DNA of 45,981 nt from contig JABANN010000042.1 of the NCBI GenBank assembly GCA_013115125.1, forward strand, positions 62,001-107,981. Reading direction: 5' to 3'. Positions 35,235 to 45,981 of the stretch are shown here, one piece after another (positions within the stretch are counted from its first letter, which is position 1; every line of letters starts with the position of its first letter). The translations under genes and the position numbers were made by a program. The DNA is from Perkinsus olseni. Lineage: Eukaryota. The notes below the pieces were generated by a model. The model made no database searches. It saw only the letters and a list, made by a program, of their open reading frames with translations, and was not told the origin of the DNA.

Positions 35235-36476
35235 ATGATGATGATGATGCCTTCGTCCGCTGAACCTCGTCGCCCTGACGAGGCCCCTAACTACGAGATG
35301 GCCCCTGCGGAACATAAGAACGAATTCAGTCCCTACATGGACAACGGCGGGTAGGCGGCCGACCAGAGCTCGGCACGTAGCGGCATCACCTCCGTTAGGA
35401 CCTGCATCGCTGTGCCTGGGGCTGACTACTGTGTCGTTTCCACCGATAACCGTGTGAGCAAGGGATACACCATCGCCACAAGGAACGGGTCGAAGATTAC
35501 CAAACTGTAGGTGTTGGCGGATCGGGCTGTCTTTGTCATGTTGGTTTTAGGACGGAGCGATGCGTGATTACTACCAGTGGTATGCTGGCTGATCAGATAA
35601 CGCTGCATAAGGTTATGAAGGTAGTTGATGGTGGCGGGTCGTGATGTGATTGGGGTGCCTGCTCAGAATCGAGTGGCTCGTTATGTCCATGAGCACAGAC
35701 GAGAGCCTTCTGTTGGAGCGGTGGCACAGATGCTGTCTAATATACTCTACTACAAGAGGTTCTTCCCGTAAGTATGGGGAGTTGGGGAAGGAGCGGTAGG
35801 GAACTGCTTACGGTATTCCTCATACGACTTTGTGGTTGAAGCTTGCAAGTTAAGGACGGCAGTTGCTAAATAGAATTTTATATTGAGAATGACGATGCAA
35901 TGTCTGATGATCGCTTGCGGTGTCTTGGAGAAGTCGGACTTTGTTAATATCAGTATTTTCTGGAAGGCTAGGGTGGGGAGAAGGAATCGATGGTTGTTTA
36001 GGTATTACACCTTCAATATGATTGCTGGCATCGATGAGAATGGGCAAGGTAGTGAAAATAGCGCTACCGGGGTTCGAACCTGCGCCCTCAGGTAAAGTGT
36101 ATGGTTATGATGCTATCGGCTCCTTCGAATCCATCCCTTGTGGTGCCCAAGGCAGTGGTAGCTCCTTAGTCCAGAGTATTCTCGATAACCAGGTGAGCGA
36201 CCCATTCTCTCTTGACCTGCTAACTGCCCTTTTTCAGTTGACGAAGGCCCATCAGCAGTTGGCAACGCACGAGGCTCTCACTGAGGGCCAGATGGTCGAG
36301 CTGTGCAAGGATGTAATCGCCTCTGCCACAGAGAGGGATATCCATACGGGTGGGTGGCGGTACTGTTGTCTGGAGGGTGGCTGGGGACGGAGACTGCTTT
36401 AGGTGATACCAACACTATCTGCACTATTGATTCTACGGGCATCAAGATGCAAACCTTCGAGTTGAGGAAGGATTAA
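35235..36476 (+). CDS. PSMB1: 20S proteasome subunit beta type-1 (beta6)
   Basis: FSPYMDNGG|T, MLSNILYYKRFFP|YYTFNMIAGID, YDAIGSFE, LVQSILDNQ, ATERDIHTG|D, LRKD*. Eight exons. Confidence 0.95.
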
Positions 36477-37065
36477 GGAGAGGAGGGCACAGACACCAAA
36501 TTCTCATCGCCATCAACATAGTCGATCTGATGCTGTGAAGTGATGAGTAGTTTCGATTCCTTATCGATTTCACTGGCATGTTGTTGGTCAATGGAGGGCT
36601 CGGCAGAGGGTTCCTGGGCTGGGGGAAGGATGAACGCCCTTCCGGGCTCGGAAGGTTATGGACAGAGAGGCGTCGGGAGTATGTTGATGGTGTAGTGGTT
36701 GTCCAGATTAGACAGGAGCTTTTCAAAGTGGCTTTCAGCTTTAGTACTGCTTCAAGGGCAGGCTGGCTGGCTACTGTGAAGGTCAAATTCTCATGAGGGA
36801 TGCCTCACGTCGTCTTCCATCGAGCTATTGCGCTCGCTGGAGCCTTCGTCAGATGTCAACGTGATGGCCGGCTGCCTCAAGCAGGCAACTTACCTGTCCC
36901 TTTCGGCCTCTGTTATTCAGCTTGGAGTTCATCATTACGAAATGGGCGGAAGCACACGAGTGATCCTGGATTGCGTTCGATTGGTTGTACTAGGTTCGAC
37001 GATCATCTAATAACATCGTGATATGCGAAAAAGTTGGTATAAGATAGTAGTTGTTTCATCATCAT
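36473..37065 (-). CDS. Small hypothetical protein convergent with PSMB1
   Basis: Short GT-AG introns keep one frame: DHSCASAHFVMMNSKLNNRGRKGQ|APASAIARWKTT|STKAESHFEKLLSNLDNHYTINILPTPLS|QEPSAEPSIDQQ...VSVPSSP*. The 5' end is uncertain. Confidence 0.5.
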
Positions 37066-38108
37066 GGCTGTTGATCAGCAGCGACAGTATCGAAGATCCC
37101 CCAACCTCACCTTGGAGTCCTCAGCCATGCATTCGGCTCTATCCTGGCCCGATACCCCGATTACCGGTAGGTGCCCCCAGATGCGCCTGAAAACCAGAGT
37201 TAGAATCGGGATCACTTCTGTTCGACGAGTATCTAACTTGTTTTCGTATCATTCCAGCATCGACCTGAGATGCTTTCATGCTGACTTGTGGCGTCTGTAG
37301 GGCAGCGGGGTAACCTATGAGCCTGGGAACCGCCGCCGTGGGTTTTAATGATAAGTCGCGTGATGTGTCAGGGGCCCCTTCGGGTGCTTTGCATTTCCGT
37401 CATCCAGGCGCCTTGCCGAGACGACGTCACTGCGAAAGTAGGCTGTCGCCTTGGCGAACGTGGCTGATTGCCCCTTTTTCAGATGCTCCCGTTGGTAAGG
37501 CCTGGGATAGCAGGTACAGTGTGATGTACTCTGGACGGGGTGTTAGACGATCTCTTAGGAATGGATTGTAATGCTTCCCTTCCTTTGGGGAGTTGCAGCG
37601 GTTGAGCAGGTACGATGCCGAGACATCCAAGCCTGTGGCGCCCTACGGCAACGAGGAGAACGAAGGGCCGCGCCTCGCGAGTAGGAGAAGGGGGACGCAA
37701 TGGTCATTACGGAGCTTGGTTATCGTGAGTGTGTCAGGCGAGTGTACTGAAACCTGGGGAGATCTGAAGACTTCCTTGCTTGGGGTAAGGGTAATAGGCG
37801 AGGGGTGCGATTGTCTAATAAGAATTGATGTTGATTATCGTCTACGACACATAGCGGCCGGCCAGCATTTGGCGGTGGTAGTTGCCGATGCCCCTTTGTA
37901 TCGGGCTGTCGATATCGGCGCCTGCTAACCTCTCAATCTGTTGGAGTCTGTTGGACTCGGTCGCTGTTCGGCGACAGCTGCCTCTCGTCACCGCTCTTTG
38001 TGGTCTGAGACCACTGACCTCTTAACGTACTGTAGCTACTCCCTGATTCGAGTGCCATGGGCACAAAGTTACCGCGGGATTTTTTTCACTGAGCAGGCGT
38101 CGTTCAAG

Positions 38109-39010
38109 ATGAAGGAAGAATCTCAGCCGACATCATCGGAGAGAAAAGACATGCCCTCTCCCGACACCCCACGGTAGGGAGGATTTAAAAGGCTACAAGT
38201 CGCCACTTGTTCCACTTAGGAACATCATTCTGGGCGAAGGACTGGATATGATCAGAAATCTGGGCAGCCTGCCGAGGAGGGGCTCTGGTTGCGTCCATGT
38301 TTGTGACTCTAGCGTGGCCTTCGACATCCTAAGATTTTCTGGGGCTACCGAGCCGGCTGAGCCCTCTCCGGAGACGGTCAGGCCTCCCTTACAAACGCCT
38401 TATGGCACGTCTTTGACGCCTAGGCCAGGACGGTAGGTGTTGGAGCAGGGGTGAATGACTGACGATTTACGGTTGGAGTGGTATGATTATAGTACAGGTA
38501 TCGACCGTCCAGAGGCCCCAAACCTTGTTATGATACGCCCACTGCACCAAGACCGCCACGGCGCTCGGCTACAGTCCCCGTTCCCGGAGAGCCCCCGCTG
38601 CTGATGATGCGGGGCTTGGATCTTCGAAGGTGGCGACTGTGCGGGTTATTTCGTTGGCCGCGAGTGGTGGTTTCAGATATGCCGCAGCTCACCGGAGGAG
38701 CTGCACTCGACCATCAGCAATACCAACGTGCTAGGAGAGGCCTTCCGACCACCGCCATGTGCCGCCATGCTCTTGTTTTTGTTGCTCACCCTTGTGGCTT
38801 GGTACACTCATGGTACATGTCCGACTTACCACTGCTGTTTTGTCAAGTCACCTGTCAATGGGCTGCTGGGGACAGCACCCCTCCACTGGGAAGGCGATTG
38901 TAGTCCTTCGTGTGCTAGTCATCGCACATCGCAGGGATATGGCTCGGGGCGCTGCTACCCTTCCCTGCGGATCCTGCCGTCCTCTCATGGCTCCGTTCCG
39001 ATAGGAGTTG
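38109..39010 (+). CDS. Possible hypothetical multi-exon gene(s)
   Basis: MKEESQPTSSERKDMPSPDTP followed by short GT-AG introns. No domain recognised. Confidence 0.3.
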
Positions 39011-39144
39011 AACGGAAAGGCGATGGCTGAACTGAACCCTACGCTCTGAGGGAGCCTTCGCCTGAGAGTGTGATGCAGATGACGAATCCTACTAGCTACC
39101 AATTATAGGAGCATACTACATAAATCATCGACCCTGTTCCTAGC

Positions 39145-42058
39145 ATGCTGCTGCTGTCCTCTCACCTCCTCCTGAATGCTCTCCTCACTGCCACTGTATC
39201 GGCTTCCGCTGTCTGTCCTGTTAACGTCACCAGTGACCACTCGGATGCCTGCAGTCGCCCGACGTCGAGCTATACCCGCATCAGGTGGGTTGGCTGCTTC
39301 TCGGAAGCTCCTATCGGGGCCTGAGTGTTCGGGCAGATCAGGTTTAATGGCAGCCTCTATGTGCTGAGCGATGATGTTTTCTACGGCCAGGCCATGCTCA
39401 AGATACCAGCAGAGGACATAGTATCCAAGGTTGATGATGACAAGATTCGTGAGAAGTTGATTGGAGGCCTCAGCGATGATGAAGCTCATCTCGTGGAGAC
39501 GTGCTTTGCCCTAGTGTAAGTGTCATGAGGCTCCCCGAGCTACGACGCACATCGCCCATCAGATCAGCCCGGCAAGGGGCCTGTGCCACGAAAAGGATCT
39601 GCCGTTGGGTGGAGACCCTCAACGCAGCCGAAAGGATATTCGTAGCCCCTCATTCTCGCCCGCCTGGTGGGTATTGGAGGAGCCTCAGGCCCTCACCCTC
39701 ACTGATGTGCAGCGGAAAGCTATCGCGGGGACGTCAGTCGAGAGTGTGCCAGAGGAGATGGCTCAGAGAGTTGTACGACCTTTAGGGTCACTTGTAGCTT
39801 AATATGGGCATCGTGCGTCATTGCCCCGTGCAGAATCTATCACGAGTTATTGATAGGCTTGCGCTGTCTTGCAAGGCATGCTTCTTCTCAGACTCTCGTC
39901 GCCGACAGAATTGGTCCTGTCCGTGCAGGGTGGCGAGACCACGCTGAATGGGCGGTTTCTGTACTTATGAAATACTCCAGAGTGGTAGTAGTAGCTGCCC
40001 CGAGATCGCCCAGCTGCCCAGCGTCCATGTAGGTCCATCCAGATCCCTCATTGCGTGAGATGGAGCTGCCCAAGATGCTCCTCCTGGCCGACCCCATCGT
40101 TGATGCTGTACCGCTGCACACTTCGCCGCGGAAGGGTGAGGGCGTAGCGATGCTAGGCGCCGCTCGCACGGTCCTTATTTGCCCTAGAGGGCATCGAGTA
40201 TCCGATCTTAGGGAGCTGAGATCGGTGTCAGCCTTCCGTCTCAGAGCCAAGCCTTTCTCGAGTGTATTTGAAAGAGCCGGCTGTAACTCTGTTACGTTTG
40301 AGGGCCTCGTTATGATCCGCATGCACTGAGTCCTTCGCGCCGGCTTCCAAGTCGTAGCGTTTGGCGCTCCGACTTCAGGTGACTGCTGATTACTAGTCGT
40401 TATGCTCCCTCCCATCGCTCAGGGGTAGCCCTTCAACGGGAGATAGTCCAGGAGAACGGCCGCCTGGAGGATGTGGTGGCTCTCGTGGCTAGGCATGATA
40501 TGAGGGAAGGGGAGGAGGTCTTCATTTGGGCGGGGCACTTCAGCAATAGTGAGCTACTGGTAGTAGGGAGATGCTTCGCATCTGCGGAACGTCTGTGCCC
40601 TCGGGAGCGCCCCACAACGGAGACGCCGCCTCTCCCTAGGATTAATGCCCTCCCTTCACTATCAGATGCGATATGGATTTAGTCTGAAAGATAATCCTAT
40701 TGGTGTGGGCGGTGGAGGGAACCAAAGCAGCTTGGTGGGAGGGCGATCCGCAGAGTCACCACTCCATGCTCAGATCGCCCGTTCAGGTGCCCAGTAATTG
40801 GAACGACTCACCAGAGTCACCTGTGAGGAAGCAGTATAGCAAGTGGCGTAGACGCCCCGCCGAGGAGACTGGAGGTTTCATGCGTCAGGTTCAACTGTAC
40901 TTCAGAATCGCAGTTTGTCATCAGGATCTCAGGCAGAGGGAAGCCCGACAGGGACTTTGTGAGCTATTGCCCGAGATGTGGATATAGGATGACTATGCCG
41001 CAGATCCGTTGCTTCCGAGTCGGATGGTTCATGACCTCGGGATGGTTCAGTCCGAAGTTGGTACACATGAGAAACCATCTCGAGAGATGGCCGCCCCCGG
41101 AAGAGTACTTGATGGTCTCGATAGATGAACGCGATCTTGATAAATACCGCGCGCCACGAAACTTCCCTGCGCGACCGCAGATATTGTAGGCAGCGAGACA
41201 TACATGCTGCGAGAAATTCGGATGAGTGGCTCTTCGTCCTTCCCGATCATTGAAATGCAGAGGTTGGAGAGGCTGGTAGCGGCTTGGAATTAAACTGAAC
41301 CGGGTCGAGCCTGCGGGCGTGAAGCCGCTCAATAATTCCGAATGTGATGCTGAGTATGACGGAGACCGAGTTTGGCCAATACTGTGCTTGCACAATCCAA
41401 AATGGGCGAAACTAGGTTGATATATAGCAAACACCCACCGTGGGGCTCGAACCCACGACCACAAGGTTAAGAGCCTTGCGCTCTACCGACTGAGCTAGAC
41501 GGGCAAGTTGTTTAAGTTTGTATTATCTACTCGCTTCTAAGGTGGCGGAGCACGTTCACCGGTGGGAGCCGAGGTCAACCTGCCCGAATTTCGGTCCCGG
41601 CGACAGAATGCTATATTTAAATCCAAACCCTCTGTCCAGCGCCTCACATTCAGCCACATCAGTCTGACGCTTCAAAATGCACTCAGGGTTGATGATGGAG
41701 TGCCTGATCCCTCTGTTGTTGTAGATACCGAGACGTATCCGACTGGCTTGCGTGGACACAAGTGGACAATGAACTCACTAAAGTGCTTTCAATGGTCTTG
41801 GTGTCTCCTCTCCAGGTTAGACGATCTCTGCAGGTACTGACGAGCCACTGCACGAGGGTTAGGGAACGCTTACGAGACAATATGGACTCCCTCACAGCGA
41901 AGTACTTCCGCGGCAGCGTCGATGAGACTGATAGGAAGCTGTGGGCGTTGAGAAAAGAAGAGACTAAGGCTGCTAAAAACTGTACATCATCATCACTCGG
42001 GCAGGCGACGTGGCTCCTCTCGTTAGGTTTAAAACTCGTGAGGTCAGCGAATCGATAG
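39145..42058 (+). CDS. SET-domain lysine methyltransferase-like protein (Rubisco LSMT/SETD3 class) with hydrophobic N-terminus
   Basis: Motifs GQAMLKIP, AEWAVSVLMKYSR, VALVARHDMREGEEVFIWAGHFSNSELL and NPIG. The C-terminal exons join across intron 41105-41724: WPPPEE|YRDVSDWLAWTQVDNELTK...LRKEETKAAKNCLKLVRSANR*. Confidence 0.7.
41432..41504 (-). tRNA. trnK-CUU: tRNA-Lys (anticodon CUU)
   Basis: GCCCGTCTAGCTCAGTCGGTAGAGCGCAAGGCTCTTAACCTTGTGGTCGTGGGTTCGAGCCCCACGGTGGGTG; 73 nt, full cloverleaf. Confidence 0.97.
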
Positions 42059-42193
42059 CGGAAGTGTTCTTGCCTCCAGTGCTCGTCTCTTTGACGTGTC
42101 TCAACCAAGTGGCTTTCGCGCAGTCCTCTTCGTGACGTGAATCGTAAACGAGGATTACGAGGGGGTGCATTCAGTGAGAACCGCCCGATTTTT

Positions 42194-43981
42194 ATGAAAT
42201 GGCTCTTCCGGATCGTCCCACTAACCATGATTTTATGCGTGGTCCTCCTGGCGGTGGTGAACCTCTCACGAATCCGGTGAGCAGGAGGGAGGCTACCGCT
42301 CGCTCTAGCGGGTGGTACCCAGGCTCCAGCGAGGCTACGGTGAGAACACCTTGGGATCGATGCGAGAGGAAATAGCCGCACTGCGGAGAAGTGGGCCTTC
42401 AGCTTCTGGAGCGATCAGTCAATAATGATGGACTTAACACACAGGCATCGAAGCCTTGGAAGAAGTCCTTCTTAAAGATGCTTCACTGGATGACCCCCCA
42501 GCAACTTCTCTCCACAGCATGTCTCCGCAATCCGTATGTGCTTGGAACGTGAATTCAATATCGATTGTCTGAGGGGTCAGATGCTCGTCACTACGGCAGC
42601 TGGCCTCGAGAAGACAGTAGAGCCGCCGAAGACGGTCTCCGCAATGTTACCCTCATTCCGTGGACGAGACCATCCATCGACACCGCAGGTCGAGAAACTC
42701 TACAGGGACGATGGGAGATGCGGCAGTCAGTACGAATGCAGCAGCGCTGTTGGCTTCTCGGTAACCCTCAAGATACCTTCTACCCGATGGCCGTCCAGCG
42801 CAATGCAATCCTTGGGAGTTTCCGTGTTGTGCCACTAGTGGTAGACTGAGCCTCCATATTCGTGTGCAGCATCATAGCCCCACGGGTTGGTTGAGCAGGG
42901 TGGTGTGGAGAGACAGAGTTCCACTGCGACTGTCCGGGCTGCAGGAACTACGCAGTGGCTGATTGTGTTACGCGGACGCACTGCGGCAAAGATACTTCAT
43001 GTAAGCTGTTGAGGTAGGGCCCCTCTTCTCCTGGATTAGTTATATGCCCGTTTCGTCAGGCGAGCCCATCGTGGTGGAGCCGGCGGACAATTCTGAGAGG
43101 ATAGTCGTTATCGCGTCCGCCTGGATCGGCCCACAGAAGCGTTTCACTGACGCCAAACGCAACCATGTTCGTATCAAGCCCGATCGATGTCCCAGTAGAT
43201 GCTCGGCAGGTTCGCTATGCACTGAAGCACGGGTACGGATACTTCGCGGTCGAGTGCAACTGGAGCGATCGGGGCTTCCCTCACTGGAGCAAGCTTCTTA
43301 TCGCCAGACACCTACTGGAAGGTCACGGACTGTCTCGTGCTCCTGAGTGGGGTTGAAGCCTCTCACGATTTGGTGAAGGAGTGGTATCGGTCTGATTGTA
43401 AGATACTTATTCTGGATGGATGCCGACTCCCTGTTCATGAACCCGAGCATCAGGATTGAGGATCATCTAGTTACCCCCAATCCCAGCAAAGACTTCATTT
43501 TCTCTGGCGAGCGGGAGATGGTCATCAATACCGGACATTTCCTACTTCGTAAATCCCAGTGGAGTCTCGACTTTCTCAACGAAGTCTACCGCATGTATCA
43601 CCACTAGTGTCACCAGCTACGGGTCTCTGGCCTGTCCTTCCTAGGTACCCGTCTCCAGGCTTTGTTGAGCAGGGAAGCGTCATTGCGTGGGCGTATCGCC
43701 GCGCTAGGGAATATCTAACCACAGTCGTCAGGTATCTCGCCGGAGCTACCTCCAAGGACCCCCTGGAAGTTCAGAAGGCTAAGTTCAACCGGCTGATGGT
43801 CTCCAGCGTCAGCCCAATCGACGCAGAGAAGGCCCAATCTTTGTTCCCAGAGCAGATCAGACCGCACGTTCAAGTGATGGCGATGAAGACTATGAACTCT
43901 TACTTGAACATCTACACTAAAGGGGATTGGATTCTGCACTTCTCTGGCGTCAGTGACAAGCGCTCAGCCACAGCCAAGTGA
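42194..43981 (+). CDS. Glycosyltransferase family 34 (GMA12/MNN10-like), type II membrane protein
   Basis: N-terminal TM (MKWLFRIVPLTMILCVVLLAVV), YALKHGY, PHWSKL, WMDADSLFMN (DxD), INTGHFLLRKSQWSLDFL, EQG, MNSY, GDWILHFSG. A final exon probably lies beyond 43981. Confidence 0.88.
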
Positions 43982-44352
43982 GGACGCACCTCATGGCATC
44001 CTTGGGCATCGTCAATTGGGCGCGCCCCTCTCACCGAGTTTCTACTGTTCGTTGTCATGCATGCGCTTTGGCTGTTCGTTAGGACAGCGGGTGGTGGACG
44101 ATTTGAAATTACCCCACCTTGTGGATACCATTCGGCCCCGGATAGGGCCAAGATTCGATGCTCCCCGTGCAATCCAGGTACGCGCCTGAAACGTCGTGGA
44201 CTGGAGCGGATAAAGCTCCAGCGAACTTGGATGAGATCATCCATCGTGTTGATTGATGCCTCATGTTCCGTATGCTGCGCGCTGGAATCCTTCTGCCTGG
44301 TGATTCCAAGGGGGTTGTGTTGTCACATGGTTTGATGAGTTACAGAGTTCAG

Positions 44353-45783
44353 ATGTCGGTGGTTGAGCGAGAGGATGCCGATCACAACGTTTCCCAATTC
44401 TCCACCTCCTTCTCGCCTGCCTTGTTTGTGGATCTACAGCAAAAAATAAAGGCGTTAGAAAGGAGGCTCGAGTCTCGTGAGAAGGATCTCACCAGTATTA
44501 ATGATGAATTTCCTGGGCCGGATGAGATCGTTCTTGCCAGGCACTAGGGCCGCGTTGCAGAAATCCGAAACCGAGCTGAAGGTATATCAATGACGGAGCA
44601 TCTCCAGTGCTCAGCGTTGTTCAGAACTACTGGAAGGAGGCTCAGTTGAGGAAGAGGGAAGTGCAAGCCTTGCAGGGCAAGCTGGAAGAGATGAGGAAAG
44701 AGAGGGACTTGGCGATGGCCGAAAACAGGCGGATCGTCAATGATCGCAAGTTCCTGGTACGATGAGCGGGCAGCCGACATCGCTTGTCTGTTGTTGCGTC
44801 CCTCGCGCAGACACGGTCCCTTGCACGGTCACGCGACCAGTTGGGAATCGTGGAACTCCAACGGCAGCAGGAAGCCCTTTCCAGGGCGAAAGTCGAGGAG
44901 GAGAAGTTGAAGAAGGAGAGGGAGATCGAGGAGGCCAAGGACATAACCCGGATGATGGGTATCAGGGGGGCAACTCGCCAGGTGGTTGGTCAATCGCCGC
45001 CCTGTCTCAGCGAGTACACAGTCGTCTTTAACGAGCCAGATCACACTCGAGAGGGAGCGGAGATGGAAGTTGAAGAGAGCTGTCAGGGACAAGCTGAAGC
45101 GCGTGGAAGCCAAGGAGACCTTCATGAAGACCGTGGTGAACTTTCTCCTGCCTGCTGCCGCTGCCGAGGACTGCCGTTGTGTCTCAGCTGGGTGATCACA
45201 GTATGACTGCCGAGGCATGGGAAGACAAACTGGCTCAAGAGCGTGGCCGAACTGAAGAGGCTTTAAACCAATTGGAGAGGTGGGATGGCTTTCCTACACT
45301 TGGCGTCTTCAGTGGCATGGTAGAGCAAACGATCTCGCGTCGAGATTGGAAGGAGCCCTTCTTGGGAAGCAATCGGCCAAGGACCAGATGCAGTACCAGC
45401 TGAGAGAGCTACAGAGTGAGCCTGTCTTTACTGGCAACGGCGCTTTGCCATCACTGTGTGTAACTTCGATTGAAAGGAGACAGCCGGTTGTAGCTATTGG
45501 TGGCGCAAAGCGATCGTCGTGATGCGACAACGCGTTGACCGTCAGACTCGAATAAGCAGTTGAGAGAGCAATTGGAGGAAGCGAATCGGAAGCTCTTTCT
45601 CGCAGAAACTGACAAAAAGGAGACAGCCAAGTGGGCCAGTGAGCTGTAGGCTCCTTCTTCTGCTGTTTCCCCTTCAGGTTGTGGCGCATGATGCACTTGG
45701 CACAGATTGACGCGAACACAGCGGCCAAAACAGCCAAGTGGGAGAGGAGCAGTGCAAGAGCCGATGGCGCCACAGATGAATAA
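44353..45783 (+). CDS. Hypothetical coiled-coil protein
   Basis: E/K/R/Q-rich heptad exons (LQQKIKALERRLESREKDL; EEEKLKKEREIEEAK) with short introns. Confidence 0.6.
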
Positions 45784-45981
45784 CTAGAACTAGCTTCACC
45801 GTGCACCAACAATTCTTTAGTAGCGGTTCGAGCATTGATGCCCCAATTTGTCTTGCGTTCTGGTAGCGAATGTTCTCTCGTCAATGGTCGGGTGAGTCTT
45901 GAGAGACGCGGGCTGTTCAGTAAATCGATCCCGGGACTCGGGATCAATCCCAGGACTGACCGAAGCCTTTTTCTGTTCAGT

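Noticed and set aside
35895..35955. TGATGA in the long PSMB1 intron
   Set aside because: No downstream CTGA box D was found.
36888..36897. ACTTACCTG resembling the U1 snRNA 5' end
   Set aside because: No U1 stem-loops follow; it is simply the minus-strand splice donor CAG|GTAAGT.
1..45981. CRISPR arrays, rRNA, intact transposons or a prokaryote-style operon
   Set aside because: I saw no regularly spaced repeats, rRNA motifs, RT/transposase ORFs or terminal repeats; the DNA is intron-rich and eukaryotic.

Overview
Gene-dense eukaryotic DNA with many short (~40-60 nt) GT-AG introns. Gene content and intron style point to a myzozoan alveolate, most likely Perkinsus (my inference). I read about 20 protein-coding genes plus one tRNA-Lys(CUU). 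Recognisable genes: an RlmN-type radical-SAM methyltransferase, a cyclic-nucleotide-binding K+ channel with a zinc knuckle, a very large Ser/Thr kinase, myzozoan ATP synthase subunit b head-to-head with an ApiCox13-like CDGSH protein, p24/GOLD, HscB/Jac1, an A1 aspartyl protease, a PPR protein, an HPR/OPR-RAP-like protein, proteasome beta6, an LSMT-type SET protein and a GT34 glycosyltransferase. I cannot support a wholly new multi-gene system. The best leads are a convergent gene pair with overlapping stop codons, a tRNA nested antisense in an intron, a tRNA-T-arm-like repeat that fills almost a whole intron, a five-repeat hnRNP-Q-acidic-domain-like protein, an altered CDGSH motif and a possible spliced-leader relic. 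All gene models were spliced by eye, and homologies come from recalled motifs, not database searches.
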